Assembly: GCA_964035545.1 (NCBI GenBank)
Contig: OZ037769.1
Span: forward strand, 16,956,633-17,020,632
Direction of reading: 5' to 3'
Length of the DNA stretch: 64,000 nt
From: Bugula neritina
Lineage: Eukaryota; Animalia; Bryozoa
Position numbers and translations under genes: made by a program
The notes under the pieces: model-generated
The model's database searches: none
What the model was told of the DNA's origin: nothing
Seen by the model: the letters and a program-made list of their open reading frames with translations, nothing else
In this document: positions 25,801 through 40,174 of the stretch, piece by piece
How positions within the stretch are numbered: the first letter of the stretch is position 1
How the letters are laid out: each line of letters opens with the position of its first letter

Positions 25801-28800
25801 GCTGTAGGTACTAGCGATATTTCAGTCACAGTTCTTACTAAATAAAACCAATCTGTTGTCAGCCTCTTTTTAATAAGAACTTTATTAAATAACGAGAAGT
25901 GAGAAAATGTCCATCAATCAAGACAAACTAACTCTCAGTTTAAATGCAAATTAAAATTGTCAGTCATTCCTGTGTAATGACCAAGTGTCTATTATTCCTG
26001 ACTTTCAAGTCAACTTTATTATGTATTATTTATTGATTCAAAAGTTAAAATCAATACTTCAAGTTGAATGGATAAATACTGAAGGTTAGATTATATATAG
26101 CCTCTCAGCCTCACCTCAGTTGTGTGGGAAATCCTCTTTGGTAAAGTGGAAGCTTTGTAGGAATAATTACGAGGGGGCTTCTTAGGCCCCTTCTTCACGA
26201 CCGCAGTAGAGACCTGAGGCTCCACAGCCTGAGATTTACAGCATGGATCTGCGGGTGGGAGGCTACAGCCCTCGCTGTTGAGTCCCAAGTCTGTGAATAC
26301 TACTTTCCTCGGTGGAGGGGATTTGGCAGCTGACTCGATGGAGGAATTGTCAGCAATCTGCAATTTGAGAAATGAGCATCTAGACAGACGAACAGACAGA
26401 CAGACAGACTAATAGACTGACCAAAAAACAACTGGCCAGTTAAATCTCAAGATCCATAGGTCTAAATGAGTTGTTGTTGAAACAAATATCGCTCACCAGT
26501 GAAAAGAATACAACAACAGAATATAGCTGTTGAATTTTTAAAGCCTTTATTGAACTCGGTACATTTGTACTTGGGCCGGAGTTTTACCTGTTCAGGTGAA
26601 ATATTGCGGGGAAGAGACAGGTGACTAGGTTTAGGCGGCAGTTTAGGTGACTCCATATTGAAACTCTCCTCTAGACAATGAGCTCTAGAGGAATTCCTCC
26701 TGAATGTTGGTGGAGTGACCTCTTCCTGGGGGATCACCTCTGCGGAACTCACTGAAATACACGGAACTCTCTAGAATACACAGAACTTGCCAACTAATTT
26801 AACTCCGAGTGACATTAGCAAGGCCTGTTTACTACCACCTGACAGATAAATTAAAATCCCATTAAATGATCACCTACACTAAAACATGCTCCAAGACATC
26901 AATGATACGATACGATATACATGTGACTGGTATATGATATGATACGATACGATACATGATATGTAATACATGTATACGATACGGAACACTTATTTAGACA
27001 CCAGCTTTAAATGTTTCACAAAAAATACTTAAATTTCATGACATGAAATATCGGCAGTATAAATATTCTCAGAATCTTACCAGAGACAAAGCTGTGACTC
27101 CCGTCTTCACTGTTGGGGGGCATATCAGGGGGCAAAGGAGGGAGCGGAAACATAAATGGTTTAATATTAACATAGCAGCTGTCTTTCGAATTTCTAGTCG
27201 AAGATTGGTCGGATATAGTGGCGGTGATGGGACTAGAAGATGTGGCAGCAATGGGACTACAGGATGTGGCAGCAATGGGACTGGGAGTGATTGGAATGGT
27301 CACCTGAAAGCAGACGACAAATTTGAGCAAATCTAAACATCTCCAAATCCTAACTGATGATATATTCTATACATTGTGATAAACTTTACTACTCAAATCT
27401 ATACTAAAGTTAAAATCCAACATTCTATATGTTTTATGCAATGATAAACAAGTTGCAGTAGACACAAAGCAGCTGGAGCGTACCATTGGTGGGCTGTTGC
27501 TGTGAAGCTGTGACATTCGAAATGCCGTCTCAAAAGTGAAAACTTCTGACTTATCGTTGTTGTTGGTCGGTTTGGGAGAGGAGGGGTTACTTTCATTCAG
27601 ACTTCGCCGAGAAAACCGCCTCTGTCTGGCCATGTGAGCCGCTTCTATCGGTAAGACGTCCGGCGCAACTGTGCGCTCTAGCGTGTCATCTCCGGGGATC
27701 TCCGTCACAAATTTACCTTCAAAATCAGAGAGTAAATGTTACACTCCTGTGGCTGACTGTCACAATGGCAAGAAGTTATTTACCTGTCAGCTTATCAGAG
27801 TAACTCTACCTGACATTTAATGTTGTAATTCATTACCACACAGCTATAAAAGAATGCTGCCAATTTTATATTGTATTCTCTGAAAGGCAGCATGCAAATC
27901 TCAATTATATATTCAATATCAACGAAATATGTTGAGCTGGCAGGTAGAGAACAAGGAAACATGCCATATCATATACCACAGGGTGAGAAGTAGTGTTTAT
28001 TCATGGCTTGTATTTGTTTATTTCATTTCTATAGTCTTAAAAAACTCCCACAGAAATTGAAGTCTAAAACAATTGTATGAAGTTAGAGAGAGCCTGTCAC
28101 AATTCTGTTAATTAACATGTCATAACTAAAGAAATTGAGCTGCCAGTGAGGCCATTATAAGGCAGCATAGAATTTCCCTTCAGTGTCATCCAGCAGTGAC
28201 TCATCTTACAGCTGCCGACAGACACAAAGTACTACACAATCAACATGGAATCTAATTACATTCTAGCACATGACTCTATCCTAAATAATATTCATAAACA
28301 TACCCTCTGAGACATCTATGGGAAAATGTTCTTTGAGATGTACTTTAAACATAACGTGTGGCTTAGAAGTTGTTCGACAAAACCAAAAGCTGTTTCAATA
28401 TTTATTGAGTTCTATTCATGTTGTGAATCACTGGACAGAAATGTTTAAATGTGTGTATAGTTATTACATGTAGACCATTCTACTAAAATGGGGGGTAACA
28501 TAATATAGTAATTATTCCTACAGCTGAATCAAATAATGTAGTGGCAACTTTTGAATAACAATCAATATGATTACAAACATCTGCTATCAGAGATTGAATT
28601 AATCAAACTATGAATGAAATTCCTAGGCATAGTTGTTATTGAACTTTTGATTTCTATTAAAAGCTACTCAATCACTTTCAGTTAGACGAAGTGCACTCAT
28701 GTAAACACGCGGGCTGAGGGCAACGAAATTAGGGGCTAGCAGTCGTTCTGAGTACGGGAATTTCGCAACGAGTGAGTGACGTATGCTACTACTACTACAA

Positions 28801-31800
28801 AGACTATGACGAGTAACTGAGGGGTGAACCGACCGACCGCAAAGTTATCTATCTTAGTAGTCTATGGAGAGGTGATTGCTGATGCATGGTGTGATTGTTG
28901 ACTGAAGTGACTATTGCAAGGGATTAATGTTTATTGTAAACATTATTGTTAGCTGTTGATAACAGATTATCAGTGTATTGTTTACCTACGTCATACTATG
29001 TCATAATAACCACAAAAAACTAGAAATATCGGCACATCTAAGACAGAAGACATCAATAAGAAGTTGCTATGCCAAACAAGTATTTCCTTCACCAAACCCT
29101 TGACTCCCGCATATAATTATTATACAGTGTGGGGCCAGATATAAACAATAGCCCGATGTTTCATACACTAAAACCATCTCAAGAACAAAACTATAGCTTA
29201 AACAGCTAGCAGAAGACAGGTTTAGCAGAAGACAGCATAGCTACAGTTAAACTGAGTTCTTAGAACTAAATCATCAACTCAGCTGGTTAACTTCTAATTC
29301 ATTTGACCGCAAGTAAAGTTATCCCCCTTTCTGAAAAAAGCATTGTTTTAACTTTGACTTGGACTACCCTAGCGCATGTGACTTAGCTAAGGAACTTAGC
29401 GCAGAAACAGAGCTAAGAAATAAACAGGGGGGTAACTTCATTTCAACACCTGCTAGATAGAATGAATTAACTTCCGCTAGCTTTAGGAAAAGTGAAGTCT
29501 TTCAGTGAACTATAGCATATCAGTGACATTAGATTCTTAAGTTATTGTAGAAAGACTGCGTAGGATGACTTTGATGTGGACCGCTAGTCCCATAGCCGCG
29601 ATTTGTGTTCCCCGATGTCATGCAATATCACACAATTATAAAGGAGAGGGCTGGTGCGTATTGTGTGCTCAACAAAGAGTGTATAAACATGGCATTGTGT
29701 TGCACTACCTATTATATATATAGTATTTGAGAGTGGAAGGCAAAGACAGCTGTTAGCTATCAAACTGTCCTGAAATGTGCATGTAATCATGGCCTTATTG
29801 TAGCAGGTCAACTTTGTGCCTGTTTCATATCTGAAATCAAAATAAATTAAGTGTGTCACGTGACTATTGTTAGTAGCTCATCAACAAGTGGGCTGATGCT
29901 GCCAGCTTCGGCAGCCAAGTTTTTATGGGAGATTTTAAAGGCAATAAAATCAATTTTGTTTGGCTTTCGAAACTTTCATGTTACATAAATGGGATTACAT
30001 AATCGGATTTTGTAACATTTTATGTTAGGATTAAACGTGCTTTCTTCATTTCAACAGTGTCTAGTTTCTCTGTTTAAAGTTATATACAGTAAATAGCTTA
30101 AGATCCATGAAAACTTTAGCCGAGGTGCGGATGGGGAGCTGCTATTAGCAGTCCCAAATTTGTACATTTTTATTCTCAATCAATCATACATTACATGGTG
30201 AAATATTTTATGCATGTAAATTGTCAAAATAATGAGAGAACTGAAGAGTCAATGAAATAATAATTGGTGATAAGCTGCAGGCCTGGCTCTCGGACTAGAT
30301 AAGGCAATACTTGGAATAGCTGCTCCATTCAGCTGGCAGTAGATGAGTGATTTGATTAGCGGGATTTTGACACCAATGAAGATAAGGAATAGTATATCTG
30401 TATAGCATTGCATACATCATACTGTATACTGTATAATAATACTTGATATAAATATTATATGTAATATTCTAGTGAATTAGAATAATTTAGCTTAGGATTT
30501 AGTGAAATGATAGTAAAAATTAGTCAAATGCTAGATGTAAGGCTAGTATACAGCAAGTCCCACAGGCTATACAGCAAGTACCACGGGCTATACAGCTACT
30601 GCTAGTATACAGTACCACAGGCTCTACAGCTACTCCTAGTATACAGTATCACAGGCTGTACAGCTACTCCTAGTATACAGTATCACAGGCTGTACAGCTA
30701 GTACCACAGGCTGTACAGCTACTGCTAGTATACAGTACCACAGACTAGTGTATATTGCCACGATACTATAATGAAGTTGGGTCAACACTCTGCAAGATGG
30801 AGATTTTCTAATCCCGGAGGCATTCATAAGGTGGTTCAATGACTGACTTGAGAGAGAGTTTAATGAGATTCGGTCACCATAATTATATTTATATTATACT
30901 TTCTAAGGTATCACGTGAACTTCTGAGGGTTATATTAGTGGTCTGGTAATAACCTGGCTTAGTAACATAATGTAATGTAAACCCTTTAGTCCTGGTCAGC
31001 ACAATATATAATATTACTGCTCAGGAACAGACAGACTATAATTGGCTTGAAACTATGAATATAGACGCTGTCTGGAAAATACTTGATGGGAGAGGGAAAA
31101 GAAAAATATCGGAATTATGTATATGATAGGATATAATAGATTCTATTTGACATCGTATTTGAATTGTATTTCGTATAATATTATATTACAATGTGTATTA
31201 TTTTCTATTTACAACTTATAGGTTTTATCTGTTACAATATAAACAATACAGTTTGCAACTGGTTGCTATACAACTCAGGGGATAAGGGAGAAGCTATAGC
31301 TGTAACATAACCCGTGATTACCTCAACTTATGAAAGGGATAGTACTAATTCCAACACTTAAATGCCAGCTTTTTCAGACAGCATCTCAAATGTCAGCCAA
31401 GGGTTCTCCTTTTCTAACATTGATGTTAATCTCAAGTAGTGGCTAATTTACTACCTCCAATTAAAAAGAGCTTAGCTAATGCAAACTTTTCTGAAAACCT
31501 TCTTTACAGAAAAACTTGTTGGCAAAAAATGTTATGAGTGAAACCAAAAATCAGTGAAATTGATAAACTTTTGACAGTAAATCATTTACCAACCCTCGAC
31601 GAGTATAACTCATGTTGATATAGCACTTCATCCGAAGATGGGGGGAAACCTAAAGCCACAAGTCATAAAACCAGGGATGTAAAATTAATTTAAGTTCAAA
31701 GAAAAAACTATAATCTATATTGAAAGTAGATTAAAGGCGTGTAACTAACACAGCTGGAGTTCCATAGCTACTGGGACCCGGATTAAGCCTTCTATGTGAT

Positions 31801-33240
31801 ATATTACAATAATCTATGTTTTACAGCTGGTTGGCAATCTGTAGGGTCCATTTGCATATGACATCTTTGAGGGGACAAAAAACGGCAAGAAAAGAGTATT
31901 TGCATTACGTATACTGATGACAAAGTTCCATTTGTGTCATTATGTAGGTTTAGTATTTCAGGAGGACGTTAAGAAATAGTGTTGGAGGTGTATTGTCGTA
32001 GTAACAGCATCTCCACTTTGGCTGTGTCAATATTTGTAAGGGATTTGCTTACTTTAAGAATTTATAGCAAACAGCTTTTACTGAATTAATGCATAGCTTG
32101 GGACAACTCCCTTTACTCAGTATCACTCATACCAGTTATTACTACTATTACTAGTAACTCTCACTAGTAACTATTACTAATAACTATCACTAGTGACTAT
32201 GACTAGTCACTCTCACTAGTAATTATCACTAGTAAGTCTCACTAGTGACTATGACTAGTAACATCACTAGTCACTCTCACTAGTAACTCTCACTAGTAAC
32301 TATCACTAGTGACCATGACTAGTAACTATGATTAGCAACTACCACTAGTAACTATTATTAGTAACTCTCACTAGTAACTCCCACTAGTTATGTCAGATTA
32401 GTTGGGATGTATTGAAACTGATAAACATGCCAATGACATGAACTCTTATGCAACAAAACAACAAATCTCGTCACAAGATGTTTTGAACTCAATGAATCCT
32501 GACAATAATAAACATTTACCAGAGGAAATGTAGATGCTTACAAGCAAACTATTTTAAATATACTGAAACTGTAGAAATATACTGAAACTGTAGAAATATA
32601 CTGAAACTGTAGAAATACTGGAACTGTAGAAATACTGGAACTGTAGAAAGAGGGGTTGGGTTGGTAGAATGTGATGAGTAATGGCTAGGCTGTTTTTCAA
32701 GTGATATCAAACTAAGGTGAAGGTGAGGTCTGCCAACACCAACATACTACTCTATAGTCATTAATTCACACTGGAGTCTTGAGGTGCGAGTTATGTGTGA
32801 TTTTGGCAGCTTTAGAAAGTACTTTGCCCGACACTCAACTTTTCCTAATTAGCATGATTACCCCTTCCTTGCTGAACACTCTCCACCCCCTCTCTCTCCT
32901 TGACACTTCCTCCACCCACCCCCTCCCGTGCACACACTCTCCATCCTCCTTCCTTGACACTCTCGCCACCCCCTCCTTTTTTCATACTTTCTCCACCCCT
33001 CTGCACACTCCAAAACAAGAAGTAATGCGACAAAACCCCCAAAGTTGAAAAATCTCCCTTGTCACTATCATAGACAAGACATCACTACCAGTGTTACTTA
33101 TTATTAATTTCAGAGCACATAAAACAAATAGTATTTAGACTAGTGTACTCACAATCTTTCTTTTCTGCCATATTGCTCTTGTACTTGCTGCTAGAGCGAC
33201 CAGCTGAGTTTCCACTTGCACAATTCAGTGAGTTTCCCAT
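22861..33240 (-). CDS. ~832-aa protein: MGNS..C N-terminus, Pro/Ser-rich low-complexity region, CARD-like death-fold domain, RI-like (NLRC3-type) LRRs, no NACHT
   Basis: Exons 33240-33153, 27716-27484, 27303-27081, 26751-26588, 26357-26115, 25697-25561, 25110-24414, 23574-22861 join in frame (2499 nt, GT-AG). 28-aa LRRs (L..N..L..L.Ls.N.I.d.G...La..L) are clear; CARD call and first exon are inferred. Confidence 0.75.
25728..25812. repeat. 23-bp intronic tandem repeat
   Basis: actcgtgctaaactgctgtag(g/a)t x4, from about 25718. Confidence 0.85.
30543..30750. repeat. Degenerate ~34-bp tandem repeat
   Basis: tagtatacagta(c/t)cacaggctgtacagctact(c/g)c units. Confidence 0.85.
32138..32390. repeat. 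Degenerate 13-bp repeat (ACTAGTAACTCTC)
   Basis: Visible array. Confidence 0.85.
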
Positions 33241-35464
33241 TGTTTGAAGAGGAGTCTTAAGACATGGGAAATTCAGTTGCAATATTCAGAGTGAGTGAGT
33301 GTGACTCACTTAGAACTACACTGACTAGTTACAAGAATATTGATTCCAGTCAGTTGATATTCTTGAAATAAATTACTTTTCAGAGTTGGAATGCTGCGCT
33401 ATTAGTCATTAGTTTAATCCGGCAGCTTATTCTCTGGCAGCAGTAACAGGTTCTAGCGATAAATCCTTGTAAACGGCTTGGGTGTAATACTAGTTTATAT
33501 TATTATTATTGTAGATGCAACGCACGCCTCGCAATCATAATCACCGACTCTTTCGTCGTCTGCAGAGCAATCTTAGCGCCTACAACAAAGGATGCGTGAT
33601 GCATACGTGCATAATGATTATATTGTTATTACTTTGACTCTAAAAATAATGCCACACAAGAAAAGGCAAACTATGGAATTATACCATAACAATGCGACCA
33701 CAATTAGGCCATTTAAATTAATTGTATTTGTTCAATGTTTGATAGAAAGGGGAGAGAACAATGGTCATACAGCTTTTTATACCAAAATGGTTATTGTATT
33801 TCAAATTGTAATTAAAACGAATGCTAATAACAACCATAATGCTAAAGCAACGTTCAAAATTTTAACATAAAGGTACTTACTTTTGTAGCTCGTTGAAAAT
33901 TCTTGTAAATCTTGTCTTCTAGTAAAAATTTCAAAGGATAAGTATTTGGCGTAGATCTTACAACTGCTAGTCGCATAAATGAATGTGTAGGTATTTGATC
34001 ATATTATTGTAATGTTTTGATCGTTGATCAACACGTGTTTGGGTCGTTGTAGATTGGTTAACTGATATCACGTGACCATAACAAATACTTGGCTATGATA
34101 ATTATGATACGCTACAAGACACTATTAATATTAATACAGCAAATGACTCACGCACGAGGACATATAAATCATGCATGATCAAATTATTATTTTATATTAG
34201 AAGCACTATTTATAGTGTAATATCGTAATAGTCTAATTGAGGGCGGTTGCAACACGAAATATAATATCTTCAACAGATCAGGGATTGTGCACTGCAGTGC
34301 GTCGAGCCTTGCAATTTACTTAGCAAGCAAAAATAAAACATATTTTAATTATGCATCTTGAAAACAATGACAATGTGGTTGTTTTGTAATATATAATTAC
34401 ATAAACAAACTTATGCAGCTGGTTATGGATTGACTGCATTTTGATAGTGCAAAGATATTAAATATTTATTCTATTATATTATGCTTGCTATTACATGCTG
34501 CATAACATTTAGCATGTATGCTATATACTACATTTTTGTATGTGTTGGAAGTACTTTATGTATAAATATTACATCAATTATACACAGTATCAGAGTATAC
34601 ACAACTCCAAAATTTATAGATAAGTTAAAATTCATTTGGGTAATGATATTATTGTAACTAATATTGAAGGGGAAAATACTTATGTATTGAATTGGTTTTG
34701 CTTCTATTGCTGTAATTTTATAGTTACACTCAAAATTCACATACTTACAACTCTAACTATAGTTCATTAGCACAAACTAGGCTTTAATAATATTATATAC
34801 ACATCCTATCTTCTTGGTAAAAGTTTATATGCTATAAATGCAGTTGCAGCAATTTGCGCTTTTTCCATTATAACATATAATGAGATTTACACATTTAATA
34901 TTATATAGAACATATATTATAATAGAATGCATATTATTACATATATCCTATTATTTCCTGATGAAAGTTGTGCACCAAACAGCAGATGACATGATAATAT
35001 GGGTGTCATCAAAACTATAGCGTATCCAGAGTTAGGTGCAGTGTAGACTGAGTGTGCCAGTATCGTATATTACTTGACTTTATACACAAGTGTAAATGTG
35101 GTAACGCAGTACATTATCATATAGAACTAAGGCTAAAGGTTAAACCATTTGCTTGTGATGATACTATACCAGCAGATGTGTTACTTCGGTTCAACTAAGT
35201 ACCACCAAACTATTAATTTAACATTTTTGTGTCTTGTAGTTTTTAAAATGAATACTTGTACATTTTACATGCTTTACACAATTTATATATAATACACGCC
35301 CACATTATCTAGTGCAGTGTTTAGTCACAGTACCCTGTGATGTGTTAAGTGGGAGTTGATACGTGGTAACGCTATTTATTGCTATTACATGGTATAAATG
35401 TGCTTTATATATTAACATGTATTGTAATAAATCATCACAGCTCTGTTATTCCATGGGTGTATTT

Positions 35465-36543
35465 GTGTAATATCAGGAGTGTAATATTAGGAGTGTAATA
35501 CCAGGAGTGTAATACCAGGGGTGTGATACCAAGGGTGTAATACCAAGGGTGTAATACCAGAGGTGTGATACCAGGGGTGTAGGTGGAGTGTAGGCCGTAG
35601 CACTATAAGGGCATAGTTGTCATAATACCAGTGCAGTATAGCTGCCGCAATACAAGAGGTGTAAATGCTAGTACTAAGGGCTTAGTTGTTGTACTACCAG
35701 GGGTTTAGTTATGTGTTATTAGGGGTGTATAGCTGTGTAATACAAGGGGGTGTAATGGTGTGATATCAGGGGTGTAGAGTATAGTTGTATAGTTGTGTGA
35801 TACAAGGGGGTGTAATGATGTGATATCAGGGGTGTAGAGTATAGTTGTAGAGTTGTGTGTTACAAGGAGTGCAATGGTGTGATATCAGGGTGTATAGTAT
35901 AGTTGTATAGTTGTGTAATACAAGGGGGTGTAATGGTGTGATATCAGGGGTGTAGAGTATAGTTGTATAGTTGTGTGATACAAGGGGGTTTAATGGTGTG
36001 ATATCATGGGTGTAGAGTATAGTTGTATAGTTGTGTGATACAAGGGGGTGTAATGATGTGATATCAGGGGTGTAGAGTATAGTTGTAGAGTTGTGTGTTA
36101 CAAGGAGTGCAATGGTGTGATATCAGGGTGTATAGTATAGTTGTATAGTTGTGTAATACAAGGGGGTGTAATGGTGTGATATCAGGGGTGTAGAGTATAG
36201 TTGTAGAGTTGTGTGTTACAAGGAGTGCAATGGTGTGATATCAGGGTGTATAGTATAGTTGTATAGTTGTGTAATACAAGGGGGTGTAATGGTGTGATAT
36301 CAGGGGTGTAGAGTATAGTTGTATAGTTGTGTGATACAAGGGGGTGTAATGGTGTGATATCAGGGGTGTAGAGTATAGTTGTATAGTTGTGTGATACAAG
36401 GGGGTGTAATGATGTGATATCAGGGGTGCAGAGTATAGTTGTAGAGTTGTGTGTTACAAGGAGTGCAATGGTGTGATATCAGGGTGTATAGTATAGTTGT
36501 AGAGTTGTGTGATACAAGGGGTGTAATGATGTGATATCAGGGG
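35465..36543. repeat. Intergenic minisatellite: 15-bp units grading into a 59/60-bp unit
   Basis: gtgtaataccagg(a/g)g units at 35465-35580; about 13 copies of gtgtgatacaagggggtgtaatggtgtgatatcaggggtgtagagtatagttgtatagtt at 35735-36543. Confidence 0.95.
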
Positions 36544-36810
36544 GGAGGGTTAGATAGAATCATATAAACTGTACATGAGGAACTACAATGAGTAAGAGTT
36601 GAATTATAATAACCATATTATTTTCATAAAATATTTTCATGCTAACTTATATAGTTGGGAAATTTAATCTAATTTATTTGGTTGGAAGCCAATGAATGAT
36701 AAATTGTTGGCAAGTTTTAAATTTAATAGCTTTTGTAAAATATGTTATATGAGGATGTAATTTTATATGTGCAGATGGCACCTCTGAACCACTCTCTACT
36801 CCTTCCCCCC

Positions 36811-36866
36811 CACACACACACGCACGCACGCACGCACGCACACACGCACACACACACACACACACA
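36811..36866. repeat. (CA)n/(CACG)n microsatellite
   Basis: Visible. Confidence 0.9.
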
Positions 36867-38045
36867 ATAGGGCAAAACGGATGCTCATGGCAGCTGAAGC
36901 ATTTCTAAAATTACCAAAAGTTACAGGATATATCTAAACTTTTTTTACAAAGCAAAAAATATAAGATGTTGTTTATTTTTGAAGTAGATGGCTAGACATG
37001 TATTTGTTTACTAAGTTGCAGTTTGAACTCGCCATTTCTGATTGCAACTGTGTTTCCTCTGAAAGGATACATGGGAACACATGAGGCTGGGATATCCATT
37101 TGTTGTGTTATTCAGGCGTAAGTCAGCTTCTGTAATACATTCCTGAATAAATACAAGATGGCAACTTGCCAATTTTTCAAAATATGACATCCATCAGGCT
37201 AACAAATCTAGAGTTATTTTGTATGGTTTGCTATAATTTATAAATAGACAATAGCTGCATGTGACTATAAACTTTATAATAAACATGTTTCCTAATATAG
37301 CATAGAACCTGATATGTGTATATTGATGTGTCCATAATTTGTTACGCAACGAATATTATATTAATATATACTATATTCTACAATATGGTAACTATATAGC
37401 TTTAACTACAATTTTTTTAATTGATGTTATATTTTCTAATTGATCGAACTGATGCATTTAGATGATGATGAATTTGCAATTAATGGGTATATTAGCTCTT
37501 TGAAATTATTTCAACAACTAGTTATGTAAAAATCAACTGTAATATGCATTATAATAATATAATATTATTAGGCTTCTTTATTCCAGATATGTGTATAATT
37601 AGTAGTTGTCCCATCATGGAGATACTCTTGGCCACGCGCAATGAATTAAAACTGAAGCTGTATTTCAGTGTTTACGAGTAATAACTCTAATTCAATAATG
37701 ACAAGTTTGCTTTTTATTAAAAAAGAAAACTCTGTAATTATTTCAACCGTGAACGACCATGGCACTTAGGAGACGATAACTCTAAATATACCCTTTTTTG
37801 AATTAGCCTATATTTATGTATTTTAGAATGTAGTATTATTGCGATGCAGCTGATTATATAGTTTTTGGTCCGTGAAACAGACTACTTTACGTGGCTGTGT
37901 AAAGGTCAAGGCTCACTTGAAAAATTTTGTTTCTTGACAACTCATTCTTCCAAGTGGTTGTGTAGCGGACACTTATTTTATTTTCCTAACGCTATTCGCT
38001 AAGAATTGCTTTCAGTATAATAACTGTTTAATAAATACATATAAA

Positions 38046-39926
38046 ATGAACTCTTCATTATATTCTTTGGCCGTTTGTGCTGCTTTAATCAGTGTTATTG
38101 GTAAGTACTAGACTACTAGCTATCAACTCCAAGATAAAGACTAACTCTAAAACTAAGAGTTACTCACTTACTGACAGTGACTCTGAGTATATAACGCATA
38201 ACCAAGCTATTGTTGGAATTAAACTCAAGCATTTACACCAATAGTTATTAGTTAAGCTTGTAGTTACCCCAAGTTGAGGTCTGATCACTCTCTATTTTTG
38301 TTTTGTTTGAAAGATTTAGATTAAGATTTTAATTTGCCCGTAGTCGCACCGGTGGCGGTACTCGAATTGAATTTTCAAGTTATATAATTAAATAAAAGTA
38401 CAAGTACAGAATACTATTTGTATTAAACTAGTAGACTGACATATATTGATATTCTTTCAAAAGATATAAAATTGTAATGCCAGCAACTAAACATTTTGAT
38501 GAAGTTGTGATAAGTCATGAACTGCTAAATGCTATGTGATATAATTATATGATGATATGTAATTATTATTAGCTATGCAATAGCTATAGTCTAAAGACAG
38601 CATAGAAATACAATTATAATGGATTATTTACCTATTTTTTTATATTTATTACAATTTAAATTGATAACCTCAAGTTTTAAAAGAAAGGTGTTTTTACTGG
38701 ATTTTGTGTCAATGAGTTTGGTCATGTAAACAGTTTTTAAAACGCATCAATACGAATATGTGCTGAAAAATATTACTGTCATAATAACCTTTGGCCTGCA
38801 AAGTGTATTTATAAACCTTTATTGAGTTTTTGATATAATTATAATACAACGTATTGTCAAGCTTCTGTGAGTGGTCTTTAATGTTACAGCTGCTAGCAGT
38901 GTCACCTCTAGCTCATACACAACCAGTGACGATGCCTCATCCAGACGCACACTGTTTATCTCAACGTTTGAGTTCACAGGAGAACAGCCCGTGAGTGTCA
39001 CTGTCTTATGCTTGCTAGTCATTGATGAGTATGTTTGTGAATTTGAAAATCACTTCATCAATTATCGGTTGTTGTCTTACCAGATAGCTACGCCTTATTT
39101 AAATACTTGGAACGTATTTTCTGCACAAAAGGTAAGTTAAGTACATCAAAACAACATCGGCTTAGTTTTTGTTATATTGCATCTGATTGGCTGTTGCAGA
39201 GGGGGACACTGTATGCTGTTGTGGGAGACAAATCACTTATTGCTGCCAAGAACCCTGAAACTAAATCATTCCAGGTCAGTTACACCCCCTTCTTTATAAT
39301 CAGTCACACCCCTTTCTCTATAGTCAGTTACACCCCCGTCTCTATAGTCATATAACACTGTACTGTAGTCACACTACATTGTTGTCCTGTCATGTTCCAT
39401 GGATGTGGTGGAAGTAAAGAACCAAGATTATAGCCCGTGTTTTTACAGGTATCATGGTCCGAGGAGCACAAGCTGGCTGGGGCAGGTACCTACACAGTAC
39501 AGCTGTACAGTGAGGAGGGACACGCGGCTCTCAGAAAGGCTAAGAGAGATGGACAAAGTGCAGAAGATATCACACCTCTGGCCACTCTAAACATTGACCA
39601 TAATGTGAGTATACAATGATCTCTAACTACTCTAAACATTGACCATAATGTGAGTATACAGTGATCTCTAACTACTCTAAACATTGACCATAATGTGAGT
39701 ATACAATGACCTCTAACTACTCTTAGCACTGACCATAATGTGAGTATACAATGAGCTCTAACTACCTGTATGAGAATGACATATTGTTGATTACTCATAG
39801 CCTGTGTTCTTCAACTTGTAGGGCGTGTACCAAGGGCCGTGGCTGAGCAGTGAAACCGTGGCCAGCATTGCCGCAGTTGTACTCATGTACTTTGCGTACA
39901 CCAAGAAATGTTCAATTCTAGCTTAG
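38046..39926 (+). CDS. SSR4: Translocon-associated protein subunit delta, ~163 aa
   Basis: Exons 38046-38100, 38890-38990, 39200-39274, 39449-39604, 39822-39926; signal peptide, SYTTSD, LYA.V, QVSWSEEHK, GTY.V..Y.EEG.A.LRKA.R, H.GVY.GPW..SE, C-terminal TM. Confidence 0.9.
39584..39764 (+). repeat. 45-bp tandem duplication spanning SSR4 exon 4 end and donor
   Basis: 4 copies starting 39584, 39629, 39674, 39719; each has actctaaacattgaccataat|gtgagt. Confidence 0.95.
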
Positions 39927-40174
39927 AGTAGAGTTGTGCCCTCATGTATTTACACACCATTTCTGCCACTTAGTCCGTAGAAACTTCTTTATTGTAATTA
40001 TACTCAGATATGTACAATAAAAATATATTCAAATTGTTATATAAATTGTAAAATAAAAATATTTACAAGAATTAAATGATAAGTGTGTTGTTTCCTCCTC
40101 TGTCAAACGCTGACTTTCAGCTGCTCTGAAGCAAGCTGTGACCATAGTGACAGCAGTGAATAAATACAGACGTG

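Noticed and set aside
31590-31613. Alternative first coding exon (MSYTRRGL) for the CARD-LRR gene
   Set aside because: Phase 0 donor does not match the phase 1 acceptor at 27716
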